Source: a virus. From it: a stretch of DNA of 49,973 nt. The position numbers and the translations under genes were made by a program. Under the pieces are notes generated by a model. It made no database searches, was not told the origin of the DNA, and worked only from the letters and a program-made list of their open reading frames with translations. The stretch lies in the IMG/VR virus record IMGVR_UViG_3300017989_000027; one strand, written 5' to 3'. Shown piece after piece: positions 7,714-15,274 of this stretch; positions within the stretch are counted from its first letter, which is position 1; each line of letters opens with the position of its first letter.

Positions 7714-8003
7714 GTGTGAAAGTGTGAAAACCATTCCGTTCCGATCCTTTCCCCTCCGCTCCACGCCACTCCCTTCCAGTCCATTCCACTCCTCTCCATT
7801 GTGTATCGGACCTTGGAAAACCATTCCGTTCCGCTCCGCTCCGCTCCCTTCCCTTTCTGTCCTTTCCCATCCAGTCCCATCCACTCCCTTCCAATCCGCT
7901 CCAATCCATTGTGTGTGGAACCTTGGGAGAACCATTCCAGTCCTCTCCATTCCTCTCCTCTCCCATCCAGTCCAATCCGATCCAGTCCAATCCGTTCCAC
8001 TCC
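7714..8003 (-). repeat. GGANN pentamer satellite locus R3. Blocks of 12, 16 and 13 units with anchors at 7798-7827 and 7908-7938.
   Basis: (NNTCC)n on the + strand with exact multiples of 5 between anchors. Starts 2 nt after stop 8006-8008. Confidence 0.9.
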
Positions 8004-8005
8004 TT

Positions 8006-9133
8006 TTAATCATCAAGCTCGGGATGTGGGGTTGATCTGCGATAGAGACCGTAGTAACTGCCGCGGGTAAGCAGATGAAAGAACTGTGACAGGGTTCCCA
8101 TCTTGCGGGTCAGGGCCTCGGGATTCATGTAGTGCAATGATGATCCCCAGCGGAGATACGCATCATCACTAGGGTCCCATTTTAATGAATCCTGGTCTAT
8201 ACCCAACTCGCATGTCCCTAATAAGGCTTCATGCCAGTTATAGAATTGTTCGAGGACACCCATAAGTGTTTTGTAGTACCAGGTCATGACCGACTTCTCC
8301 GTCAACTTGGTCTCCCACCGCATGAAGTAGAAGGTTGGCCGTTTGGAAACATCGGCCGACACCCGGTCAAGGAACTCATTTCGTTCTTCTGTCTTGCCAC
8401 GTCGAAGTTGAGGGCGTCGAATGACATCGCGAAGTGTCAAGGCCGGGACCTGCCCATGCTCAAGCAGAAAAGCATAGGCATAGAACATGGATTGGAAGTC
8501 GAGATGTAGCGATGCCTGTAGTGTGGCTTCGTCAACACGCCCTGCCGTTTTGATCTCCTGTTGGCAGATGGGTGGATTCTTTGCCCTGGTTTTCTTGAAG
8601 TAGAGCCCATCCCATTTACCACGAAGTGGGATTTCACATGCCTTGGAGACCATAACATTCAATGGTGAGATTTCTTTAGTGGCAACCCTGAATGACTTTT
8701 CCCTCGCGATCCAGACACGACCGCTGTTGAACTTCTCCCAGTGCTTGTAGTAGCCGAGAAGGACGACGTAAGCAAGATCGAGGGAATCCAAGTACCGTTG
8801 CCTTGTGGTCGCGTTGAATCCCCGGTGTTCCATGATCGACTCACCCATGGATTCGTAGACCGTTGACAAGGTATCCGGATTGTCCCCTGTCTTGTCGATC
8901 ATATCATGGACTTGGGTTCCGAAGAGAAGTGGGCCGGAGATTTCTGTTGCCGTCCACCCTTCGATGTAGGACAGATAGAAGTGCTCGGGGCAGTTCAGGT
9001 ATTCCTTCAAGGCCGATTGAGTCATCCCATGCTTTGTAAGATCCCATTCGTATTTTCGCTTCGGGAGTCCCTTCTTTGCCACAGTGGTCTTCTTCTTTGC
9101 CACAGGGGCCTTCTTCTTTTTCTTGGTGGGCAT
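8006..9133 (-). CDS. PD-(D/E)XK (RecB/Cas4-like) exonuclease.
   Basis: Motifs CPEHFYLSYIEGW, GTQVHD, RGKWDGLY and QQEIKTAG. I chose start MPTKKKK (ATG 9133) with SD GGAGAA. Confidence 0.7.
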   Translation of the reverse strand: MPTKKKKKAPVAKKKTTVAKKGLPKRKYEWDLTKHGMTQSALKEYLNCPEHFYLSYIEGWTATEISGPLLFGTQVHDMIDKTGDNPDTLSTVYESMGESIMEHRGFNATTRQRYLDSLDLAYVVLLGYYKHWEKFNSGRVWIAREKSFRVATKEISPLNVMVSKACEIPLRGKWDGLYFKKTRAKNPPICQQEIKTAGRVDEATLQASLHLDFQSMFYAYAFLLEHGQVPALTLRDVIRRPQLRRGKTEERNEFLDRVSADVSKRPTFYFMRWETKLTEKSVMTWYYKTLMGVLEQFYNWHEALLGTCELGIDQDSLKWDPSDDAYLRWGSSLHYMNPEALTRKMGTLSQFFHLLTRGSYYGLYRRSTPHPELDD

Positions 9134-9134
9134 G

Positions 9135-9737
9135 TCAATTCTCCAGTACGGCTTCAACTGCCGCGGTTAAGACCAGAACGAACCGCTCGAATTCGGCGGA
9201 GTTAATGCCACCCCTTCGACAGATAAAGGCAGGGTGGCGGGCGGAAAACATCAAGATACCTTGCTCCTCCCCATCATCATCCGTGATGGATTCCATGATA
9301 GAGGTTGAGGTCTGTTTGGCCGTATTGCCCATGAACACAATAGACCTTGGAAGGGCAATCGTCAGGAAGTCTGTGAGTCTATTACTACAGGCATTGACTT
9401 CCCTTTTGGTTGGCGTTCGCATCTCTGGAGGAAAACAAAGGCAGGCGTTTGCGATCGCGTAGGTGAAGTTGAATTCGTCTTCCACACGACGGATCGCCTC
9501 TTGGAGGACAACCCCAGCCCTGCCGACAAAAGGCCAGCCGCTTTTGTGTTCTTCAGGGCCAGGGGCTTCACCGATCAGGAGAACTTCGCAGGGCAGGGTC
9601 CCGCGTGAAAAGATTTTGATCTTCCTCGATAAGCCACACCCCTTGCATCGTGTCCATCGCCGGCAATGGGCGTCGAACATCATACGGGTATGGTCATCCT
9701 CGAAGATCAAGCTGGCAAGGGCATTGTCGATTCGCAC
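9135..9737 (-). CDS. Family-4 uracil-DNA glycosylase-like protein, 200 aa.
   Basis: LLIGEAPGPEE, PFVGRAG, and a C-terminal ARHPA motif. GTG start at 9737. Confidence 0.8.
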   Translation of the reverse strand: MRIDNALASLIFEDDHTRMMFDAHCRRWTRCKGCGLSRKIKIFSRGTLPCEVLLIGEAPGPEEHKSGWPFVGRAGVVLQEAIRRVEDEFNFTYAIANACLCFPPEMRTPTKREVNACSNRLTDFLTIALPRSIVFMGNTAKQTSTSIMESITDDDGEEQGILMFSARHPAFICRRGGINSAEFERFVLVLTAAVEAVLEN

Positions 9738-9741
9738 AGGT

Positions 9742-9771
9742 ATATACCCCCCTAATCACGGATTTTATTAT
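9742..9771 (-). promoter_or_regulatory. Conserved 30-nt element, copy A (minus sense ATAATAAAATCCGTGATTAGGGGGGTATAT).
   Basis: One of 5 near-identical copies. It ends 4 nt upstream of the UDG GTG start. The G6 run could double as an SD. Confidence 0.5.
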
Positions 9772-9773
9772 TG

Positions 9774-10027
9774 GGTGAAGGAGCCATTGCTTTCCGATCC
9801 CGTCCCTTCCTCTCCCGTCCTGTCCAATCCCCTCCGATCCCATCCCTTCCAATCCATTGTGAATGGATGAGGACAGCCATTGCGTTCCGAATCCAATCCT
9901 CTCCCTTCCACTCCTTTCCTTTCCCATCCGCTCCCTTCCGCTCCCATCCGATCCGCTGTGAATGGATGAGGACAACCGTTCCTATCCTATCCTATCCAAT
10001 CCAATCCCGTCCTTTCCTCTCCCCTCC
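9774..10027 (-). repeat. GGANN pentamer satellite locus R4. Blocks of 12, 13 and 9 units with anchors at 9856-9888 and 9955-9982.
   Basis: (NNTCC)n on the + strand. The anchors carry the palindrome TCCATT-GTG-AATGGA. Confidence 0.9.
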
Positions 10028-10038
10028 GTTGGACCCAC

Positions 10039-10608
10039 CTACTTCCTCGGCTTGTCCACGATGCCGCGTTTCTTGAGGTAGACATCCGACGACCGGACTT
10101 GCTTTGGCTTCCAGCCTTGGCTCAGGGCTTCGCGGGATTCACTGATGCCCTTTTCGAGTCCTGCAACAATCCAGGTATCGGCAACTAACCTGGCGTAGTG
10201 TTGCTTTCGCTCCCACGAATTGAGCTTGGTCTGGTCAACGGACATCAGGGCCTTCAAGCCCTTCCTCACTTTGGTAATGCCTGACTCGATCAGCCGCTTG
10301 TCGGCATAGACCGACTGTTGGGCATGGGTTGGAATGATGAATCGTGTCTCCTGCTTAAAGACAACGATCCGATCCATCTTCTTTCGGAACGCCGAGATGA
10401 CGAGGTTTCCAAAGGCCAGTTCCCATTGCCAGAAAACGGGATCATCTGCTGGCATCCCAAGGATCTCCTCCATTTCCGCAACACTGAAAGACATGCCGCG
10501 GTGCACGGAGTTCCAGTCAAACTTGTAGCTTGCTGGGTTTGACTTGGATCGCTCATCGGGTTTGGGGTCCTGTGCAGCTTCAGTTACAGTTGCCATGATG
10601 GTCTCCAA
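10039..10608 (-). CDS. Hypothetical protein, 189 aa.
   Basis: Intact ORF co-oriented with the replication module. No motif recognised. Confidence 0.6.
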   Translation of the reverse strand: METIMATVTEAAQDPKPDERSKSNPASYKFDWNSVHRGMSFSVAEMEEILGMPADDPVFWQWELAFGNLVISAFRKKMDRIVVFKQETRFIIPTHAQQSVYADKRLIESGITKVRKGLKALMSVDQTKLNSWERKQHYARLVADTWIVAGLEKGISESREALSQGWKPKQVRSSDVYLKKRGIVDKPRK

Positions 10609-10654
10609 TGTGTAGGTGGTAAAAAGAGTACAACCGTTCCGTTGGGGGCTGGCG

Positions 10655-11272
10655 TTAGACGCCGGTGCCGAGAGGTTGCTCCTCGAACTTGGTAACCTTG
10701 AACTTTCCGTACTGCGGCCGGAAGTCGGACAGACCTACCAGCACGGAGGCAGAACGCAACCAGGACATGATCCGGTCAGGATCAACTTGGTCCGGCATGA
10801 ACTGGACGGTGAACTCAACCGCCCAATTCTTGAAGATCGGACGACAGCGGAGGGTCGGTGCCCCGGACACGCGAACCATTCGCACGTCCCGGCAACCCTC
10901 GGCCTTGAACATCTTTTGCTTTTCCTTGGGACCGTCGTACTCCAGTGGGCCAGTCTGCCCAATCTGTACTGCCGACTTGGCGAAGGGTCCATCCTTGTGC
11001 TTCTTCGCTCCTGCGATCAACATTGCATGGACGTTTTCCGTCGGCCAGTAGGGTTGCCCCTGTTCGTTGAGGTATAGGGAACCCTCAAAGTCCGCAAGAA
11101 ACATCTCCTCTTGAGCTTCCTCGCTCAGGGCCTTCCCACGCTTTCGCGAAGCGTTGATCTTGGAGATCCACTTCGCATACTTGTTTGTCGGATCGGCCTT
11201 CTGCCCATTATTCATCAACGCCGGGCCGATTCCCTCGATACGAACCTTCAGCTCTGAATACAGTTCAGACAT
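10655..11272 (-). CDS. Hypothetical protein, 205 aa (MSELYSELKV...).
   Basis: I chose the internal ATG 11272. The track ORF extension to 11713 is translated array. Confidence 0.6.
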   Translation of the reverse strand: MSELYSELKVRIEGIGPALMNNGQKADPTNKYAKWISKINASRKRGKALSEEAQEEMFLADFEGSLYLNEQGQPYWPTENVHAMLIAGAKKHKDGPFAKSAVQIGQTGPLEYDGPKEKQKMFKAEGCRDVRMVRVSGAPTLRCRPIFKNWAVEFTVQFMPDQVDPDRIMSWLRSASVLVGLSDFRPQYGKFKVTKFEEQPLGTGV

Positions 11273-11313
11273 CGTAACGCTCCTCTCGAAAAGTAGGTGG
11301 GTAAAAGTAAATA

Positions 11314-11493
11314 CAACCGTTCCGCTCCTCTTCGCTCCAGTCCTCTCCCTTCCTCTCCAATCCTCTCCGCTCCGTTCCAGTCCCCTCCCATCCACTCCTT
11401 TGTGTATAGGACCTTGGAGAACCGTTGCGTTTCGTTCCACTCCCTTCCCATCCAATCCGCTCCGATCCCGTCCGGTCCTTTCCTGTCCCTTCC
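11314..11493 (-). repeat. GGANN pentamer satellite locus R5. Blocks of 15 and 11 units with an extended anchor at 11399-11438.
   Basis: (NNTCC)n on the + strand, ending in the half-anchor TTTGTGT. Confidence 0.9.
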
Positions 11494-11585
11494 TTTGTGT
11501 TTTATCGGGGCACCGTGAGACAGTATTCTGCATAGCGTCATTGCTACGAAGACCTCCCCCACGGGCCCCGACCCCAAGGTATGGC

Positions 11586-12389
11586 TCAGGATGAAAGCTG
11601 TGCCAATGCACCGGCATTGCGACACCACCCAATGCACCGGCGGTGGAGTTCCATGGTTCGTCTTCCGACTTCAGCAGCTTCGACAGTCCCAGGAAGATAC
11701 TCGGTGATTGCATTGAAAATGTCCCAGATAGGAACCTCGACGTTGGCCTGCTCGGGAAGATCCGTTAGATGGGCTTCCTTCGGCAGGTGGAGTGCATGAC
11801 GGAACAACATGGGCACCTTGCCCGCCGGGATGATCCCCCTGTCCTGAAGTTGTAACAAGAGATAGGGGACCCGTTGCGAGTTGACGTGCAGCTTTTGGAA
11901 GGCAGCATACTCGTCTGCTTGCTGCTCGAAACAGCCGGAGAGACTTCCAATGGCGTTGTCAACGAGAGTCGGCAACTCCCAGCGAATTCGGGAGTAGTGT
12001 TTTTGGGCCAAGATGATTTCGCCGCTGAACGCGAGATTCGAGCAGACGAAAACTTCGGCACCATAGAGGAGACAAGCCGCAATGGACTTGTCAATGCTGT
12101 GACGCAAACCCAAGGCAAGCTCGCAACCATTGGGCGTTGCCCAGTCCAGGTTTTTCGAGTGGCTATCGGGTTTCACGTACATGACGCCAAAGTAGCGTCG
12201 GCCGTCGCTCGCCAAAACGTGTTGTTCACGGGACACCTTGATCTTGGCGTCTTTGAGTGAACGACGAACTTCTTCATAGAAAGTCGCGTGAGAAATTGGA
12301 AACCATCTGTTCGTGGCTTCCGGAGCAAATGTTGGTAGCCGGTCGGGTTCAACGAAACGGTCGCCGGGTCTGTCGGAAAGCAATCCCAT
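11586..12389 (-). CDS. DUF932/DUF945-like phage/plasmid protein, 267 aa.
   Basis: The core GLRHSIDKSIAACLLYGAEVFVCSNLAFSG resembles the DUF932 signature (N.HD.S.A ... VFVC.N). This is from memory and was not searched. Confidence 0.5.
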   Translation of the reverse strand: MGLLSDRPGDRFVEPDRLPTFAPEATNRWFPISHATFYEEVRRSLKDAKIKVSREQHVLASDGRRYFGVMYVKPDSHSKNLDWATPNGCELALGLRHSIDKSIAACLLYGAEVFVCSNLAFSGEIILAQKHYSRIRWELPTLVDNAIGSLSGCFEQQADEYAAFQKLHVNSQRVPYLLLQLQDRGIIPAGKVPMLFRHALHLPKEAHLTDLPEQANVEVPIWDIFNAITEYLPGTVEAAEVGRRTMELHRRCIGWCRNAGALAQLSS

Positions 12390-12422
12390 AACTTTCTCCC
12401 TTGTGCTTGGGAACGTGAATTG

Positions 12423-12447
12423 ATACTGAACTCAATAGGATGGGGTC
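12423..12447. repeat. Left arm of a 25-bp inverted repeat bracketing the H1-like gene.
   Basis: atactgaactcaataggatggggtc is the reverse complement of 13291-13315 with 24/25 matches. Confidence 0.85.
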
Positions 12448-12497
12448 TACCTTGGGTCTTGAAATACGCAATGAAACAAACTCAGAACGTGTGAATG

Positions 12498-13271
12498 CTA
12501 CTTCTTGGCCGTCCGCTTCCTTCTGGAGGAAACTGGGGCCGGCTTGGACTTCGTTCCCGTGCCGTTTGCCTTGCGGGTCGGCTTGACAGCAGGAGTCCGT
12601 TTGCGGGACTTCGCGGGGGCTTTCTCAGAAGGCTCCTCAGCCGTTTCCGTCGACTTGGTGGAAACGATGGAACGGATCTGGGAAATCTCAGGCCATTTGA
12701 TCTGTCGACCAATGGACACGATTTCCTCGCCATGAACCACATGGATGTGGGCACCACCCGACGCCATAGCCTCCGGGGTTGCTTTTCCGGGGTGTTGGGT
12801 GAGAACGTCAACTTCGTACCGGACTTCCTCACCCATCTTCAGGTATCGTTTGCCCTTCGAGCAGACGATCCCGAGTTCCTTTTCCCCTGCCGTTCCATTG
12901 GCCATTTTGCGTGCTCGGATGAACACACAGAAACGGCCCGATTCGGCGGCTTCCCACAGTGACTCGATGACTTCCGGCGAATAGCCGGTTTTCATCGCGG
13001 CGGCTGCCTCCAACTTGGCCTTCTTTTCGGCTTCCTTTGCCGCTTTGGCCTCGGCCTTTTTGGCTTCGGCTTCCTTGTACCTGCGAAGGATCTCCTTTTC
13101 TTCTGCCGTCATCGGCTTGGCGGCCGGCTTGTCTGCCGGCTTGCCGGTTGACTTGGCAGGAGACTTCTTCGCAGAGGCCTTTTTCGCCGCGGAGTTTGTC
13201 GGCTTGGCGGCCGACTTGGCGGGCGTAGCCTTGCGGGAGGTTTTCTTGGCTGTGGTAGCTTTGCGTGCCAT
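12498..13271 (-). CDS. Histone H1-like / AKP-rich basic protein with basic tails at both ends, 257 aa.
   Basis: N-terminus MARKATTAKKTSRKATPAKSAAKPTNSAAKKASAKKSPAKSTGKPADKPAAKP. C-terminus KSRKRTPAVKPTRKANGTGTKSKPAPVSSRRKRTAKK. SD AAAGGAG precedes ATG 13271. Confidence 0.7.
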   Translation of the reverse strand: MARKATTAKKTSRKATPAKSAAKPTNSAAKKASAKKSPAKSTGKPADKPAAKPMTAEEKEILRRYKEAEAKKAEAKAAKEAEKKAKLEAAAAMKTGYSPEVIESLWEAAESGRFCVFIRARKMANGTAGEKELGIVCSKGKRYLKMGEEVRYEVDVLTQHPGKATPEAMASGGAHIHVVHGEEIVSIGRQIKWPEISQIRSIVSTKSTETAEEPSEKAPAKSRKRTPAVKPTRKANGTGTKSKPAPVSSRRKRTAKK

Positions 13272-13290
13272 GATATGGCTCCTTTCGTTT

Positions 13291-13315
13291 GACCCCATCC
13301 TATTGAATTCAGTAT
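13291..13315. repeat. Right arm of the 25-bp inverted repeat bracketing the H1-like gene.
   Basis: gaccccatcctattgaattcagtat pairs with 12423-12447. Confidence 0.85.
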
Positions 13316-13368
13316 TGGGGGCTGGACTGGGTTGCCGTAGAAAACTCAGAAACGGAAACTACGCTGGA

Positions 13369-13755
13369 TTACGTGTGGAGTGACCAGCCGTGGGTCTTTT
13401 CCAGACAGACGGAAAACGTGGGGGCTCCCCCATCACCACCATTATCATGGTGGCCATGGAAGATTAGTCCTCCGAACAACCCTGCCGCGTGAAACGTGAA
13501 CGACAGGGGGGCAAAGTCCTGGTGAAGCTCACATCGCGACTTCGGATTGTGCTTCCGAAGATTGCCCAACATCTCGAAGCAATGCACTAGTGATTGCTTC
13601 AGACGACGGGAATCCGCATTGTCCGGTAGCTTGGAAAGGTATGTTAGGCACTCATCATACCTTTGAGCTGCCGGATCTGTAATGTGGAATCCTTCGGGCA
13701 GACGAACATCGGAGACATCCAGTGGAATCGTTTTGCCAAGAATTGTACCGCTCAT
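13369..13755 (-). CDS. Hypothetical protein, 128 aa (MSGTILGK...).
   Basis: I chose the internal ATG 13755 with SD GGGAG. The longer track ORF overlaps 30-nt element copy B. Confidence 0.55.
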   Translation of the reverse strand: MSGTILGKTIPLDVSDVRLPEGFHITDPAAQRYDECLTYLSKLPDNADSRRLKQSLVHCFEMLGNLRKHNPKSRCELHQDFAPLSFTFHAAGLFGGLIFHGHHDNGGDGGAPTFSVCLEKTHGWSLHT

Positions 13756-13770
13756 TTTCAACTCCCGTTG

Positions 13771-13797
13771 AATAAAAACCGTGATTAGGGGGGTAAT
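13771..13797 (+). promoter_or_regulatory. Conserved 30-nt element, copy B. Plus orientation, 5' end shortened.
   Basis: AATAAAAACCGTGATTAGGGGGGTAAT, lying between two minus-strand genes. Confidence 0.45.
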
Positions 13798-13805
13798 GGT
13801 ATCGG

Positions 13806-14042
13806 TCACTTGACCGAAACCACAATTCCGTTCTCGACAGTTGCACTGGCGTACCACGTATGTGGTTTCGGGTAGTGCGGGCCTTCGAGTGAAACCCTAC
13901 CATTTTGCGGGCAGGGGAACGGGCCGGGTGAAAACACTCGGACTTCCTTCCCTTGCTTCACGGCTTCCTTGAGGGCTTTCTTGGTCTTGAAATTTGGGTC
14001 GCAGTACATTGTTCTATCCTTTACCTTGGGAATGTACGGCAA
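13806..14042 (-). CDS. Hypothetical protein, 78 aa.
   Basis: Intact ORF co-oriented with its neighbours. Confidence 0.5.
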   Translation of the reverse strand: MPYIPKVKDRTMYCDPNFKTKKALKEAVKQGKEVRVFSPGPFPCPQNGRVSLEGPHYPKPHTWYASATVENGIVVSVK

Positions 14043-14104
14043 CCCAATCCAGCCCCGAATAAGAAAGGGGGCCCCAATGGTTGGCCTATGCGGGTCAACG
14101 TGAC

Positions 14105-14398
14105 TTATGAGATGGGTTCGATGCTGTTGCGAAGTATACGGGTAATGTATCCATCATGTACTTCGCACGCTATAGACTGATTGCCAGCACGAATACGGAA
14201 TCTGCCCTGTCTTGCGTAGGGCAAGTGACCTAGGCTATCGCATCCATTGGCCAATAGAACGCGGATGCGATCATAGTTGATGTGGGCATTCCACAGTGCG
14301 TCAACCGATGGGAATGCGGGCTCCGTTTGAAAATACCGTCGTTTCATAACAATTCCGGCCGGATTTGGCATAGCTTCACCTATAGCTTTCCAGGCCAA
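14105..14398 (-). CDS. Hypothetical protein, 97 aa.
   Basis: Intact ORF. It is the first minus-strand gene leftward of the divergent control region. Confidence 0.5.
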   Translation of the reverse strand: MAWKAIGEAMPNPAGIVMKRRYFQTEPAFPSVDALWNAHINYDRIRVLLANGCDSLGHLPYARQGRFRIRAGNQSIACEVHDGYITRILRNSIEPIS

Positions 14399-15206
14399 CC
14401 ATTGGGGCCCCCTTAGATTTTGGGGCCATTGTCCCGATGAGACCTACCGCAGCAGGCGTCACTATTCCCGGAACATCTTCCGGTATCCCATCGCGTATCG
14501 AATTGACCCGGTGGCGAACTAGACTTCGCCATGGGGCCAATCGACGCACCGGGTTGGAAAGGATCTACTTCGGGTAAAGGATCGCGTTTGCACCACCCGC
14601 AGGTATTCCCGGGATTGCCAACCCGGTTTCCCCTGCCCCACCTATCACGATGGGGGCGGTCCCTAGGGTTCCCCACGAACCCCGTTCAGTTGTCAATCGG
14701 CTGCATAGGGTAACCGATCAACCCGTATTCTAGCAGATATTAGGATAAGATCAAGGCTGAAATGGGCCATTTTAGGATTTTGTGTCAATACCCCCTATGG
14801 GGCATTAAGTGTGGGGGATTGTGGTAGTTTGTGGGGACTTGTGGGGGATAGTGGCCCATGGGGCTGGATTGGGGCCGGATTGGCCCATGGGGGTCGTCAG
14901 AATAGGGGCAAATCATCGCGTACGCTTCGCAGGGGGCCATGGAAGCTAGGCTATAGGGTCCAGGGGTTGAACTAGCTTCGGGGCCCATACAGGCGAACCA
15001 GGGCCTATATACCCCATGGGTGGGGATTAGAATAGGGGGGTGTTAAGATGGGCTGTTATGGGCTGTGCTACTATTTAAGTGCGAAGTAGGTTCGGAAAAC
15101 CACTATGGGGGGTGTGGTTGGATTATTGTCAGTTCTGTCAGTCTAAATTATCAAAACCCGTTTGACGATTATTGTCAGTTATTTCAGGAATTATTGCGAA
15201 AACCAC
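14399..15206. promoter_or_regulatory. Large non-coding divergent control region. Candidate for early promoters, operators or an origin.
   Basis: About 830 nt with no credible ORF at the strand switch. It holds about 7 copies of (Y)ATGGGG, phased TGTGGGG repeats at 14811-14850, and hairpins CCGGAA-CATC-TTCCGG (14468-14483) and GGCGAA-CTAGAC-TTCGCC (14513-14530). Confidence 0.5.
15121..15180 (+). repeat. Two 14-bp direct repeats GATTATTGTCAGTT (15121-15134 and 15167-15180). Candidate operators.
   Basis: The two copies are exact. A third partial copy TTATTG sits at 15191. All lie just upstream of the rightward promoter. Confidence 0.6.
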
Positions 15207-15234
15207 TTGATCCTAATTTGGGCTAGGATAGAAT
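15207..15234 (+). promoter_or_regulatory. Sigma70-like promoter for the plus-strand operon.
   Basis: TTGATC (15207-15212), a 16-nt spacer, then TAGAAT (15229-15234). Confidence 0.4.
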
Positions 15235-15274
15235 GAGGGAAACCACTGCTAGCTTTTGCACAAGGGTATCACTC

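Noticed and set aside
7402-8016. N-terminal extensions of real genes through the arrays: 7402-8016, 4856-5254, 10655-11713 and 5445-5999.
   Set aside because: The extensions are translated satellite sequence. Internal ATGs with good SDs (7701, 5101, 11272) sit exactly at the array edge.
14413-14988. ORFs 14413-14676 (-), 14531-14713 (+) and 14785-14988 (-) in the control region.
   Set aside because: The translations are Gly/Pro/Arg-rich and low-complexity. There are no SDs, and the frames are set up by G-run motifs. I treated the region as non-coding.
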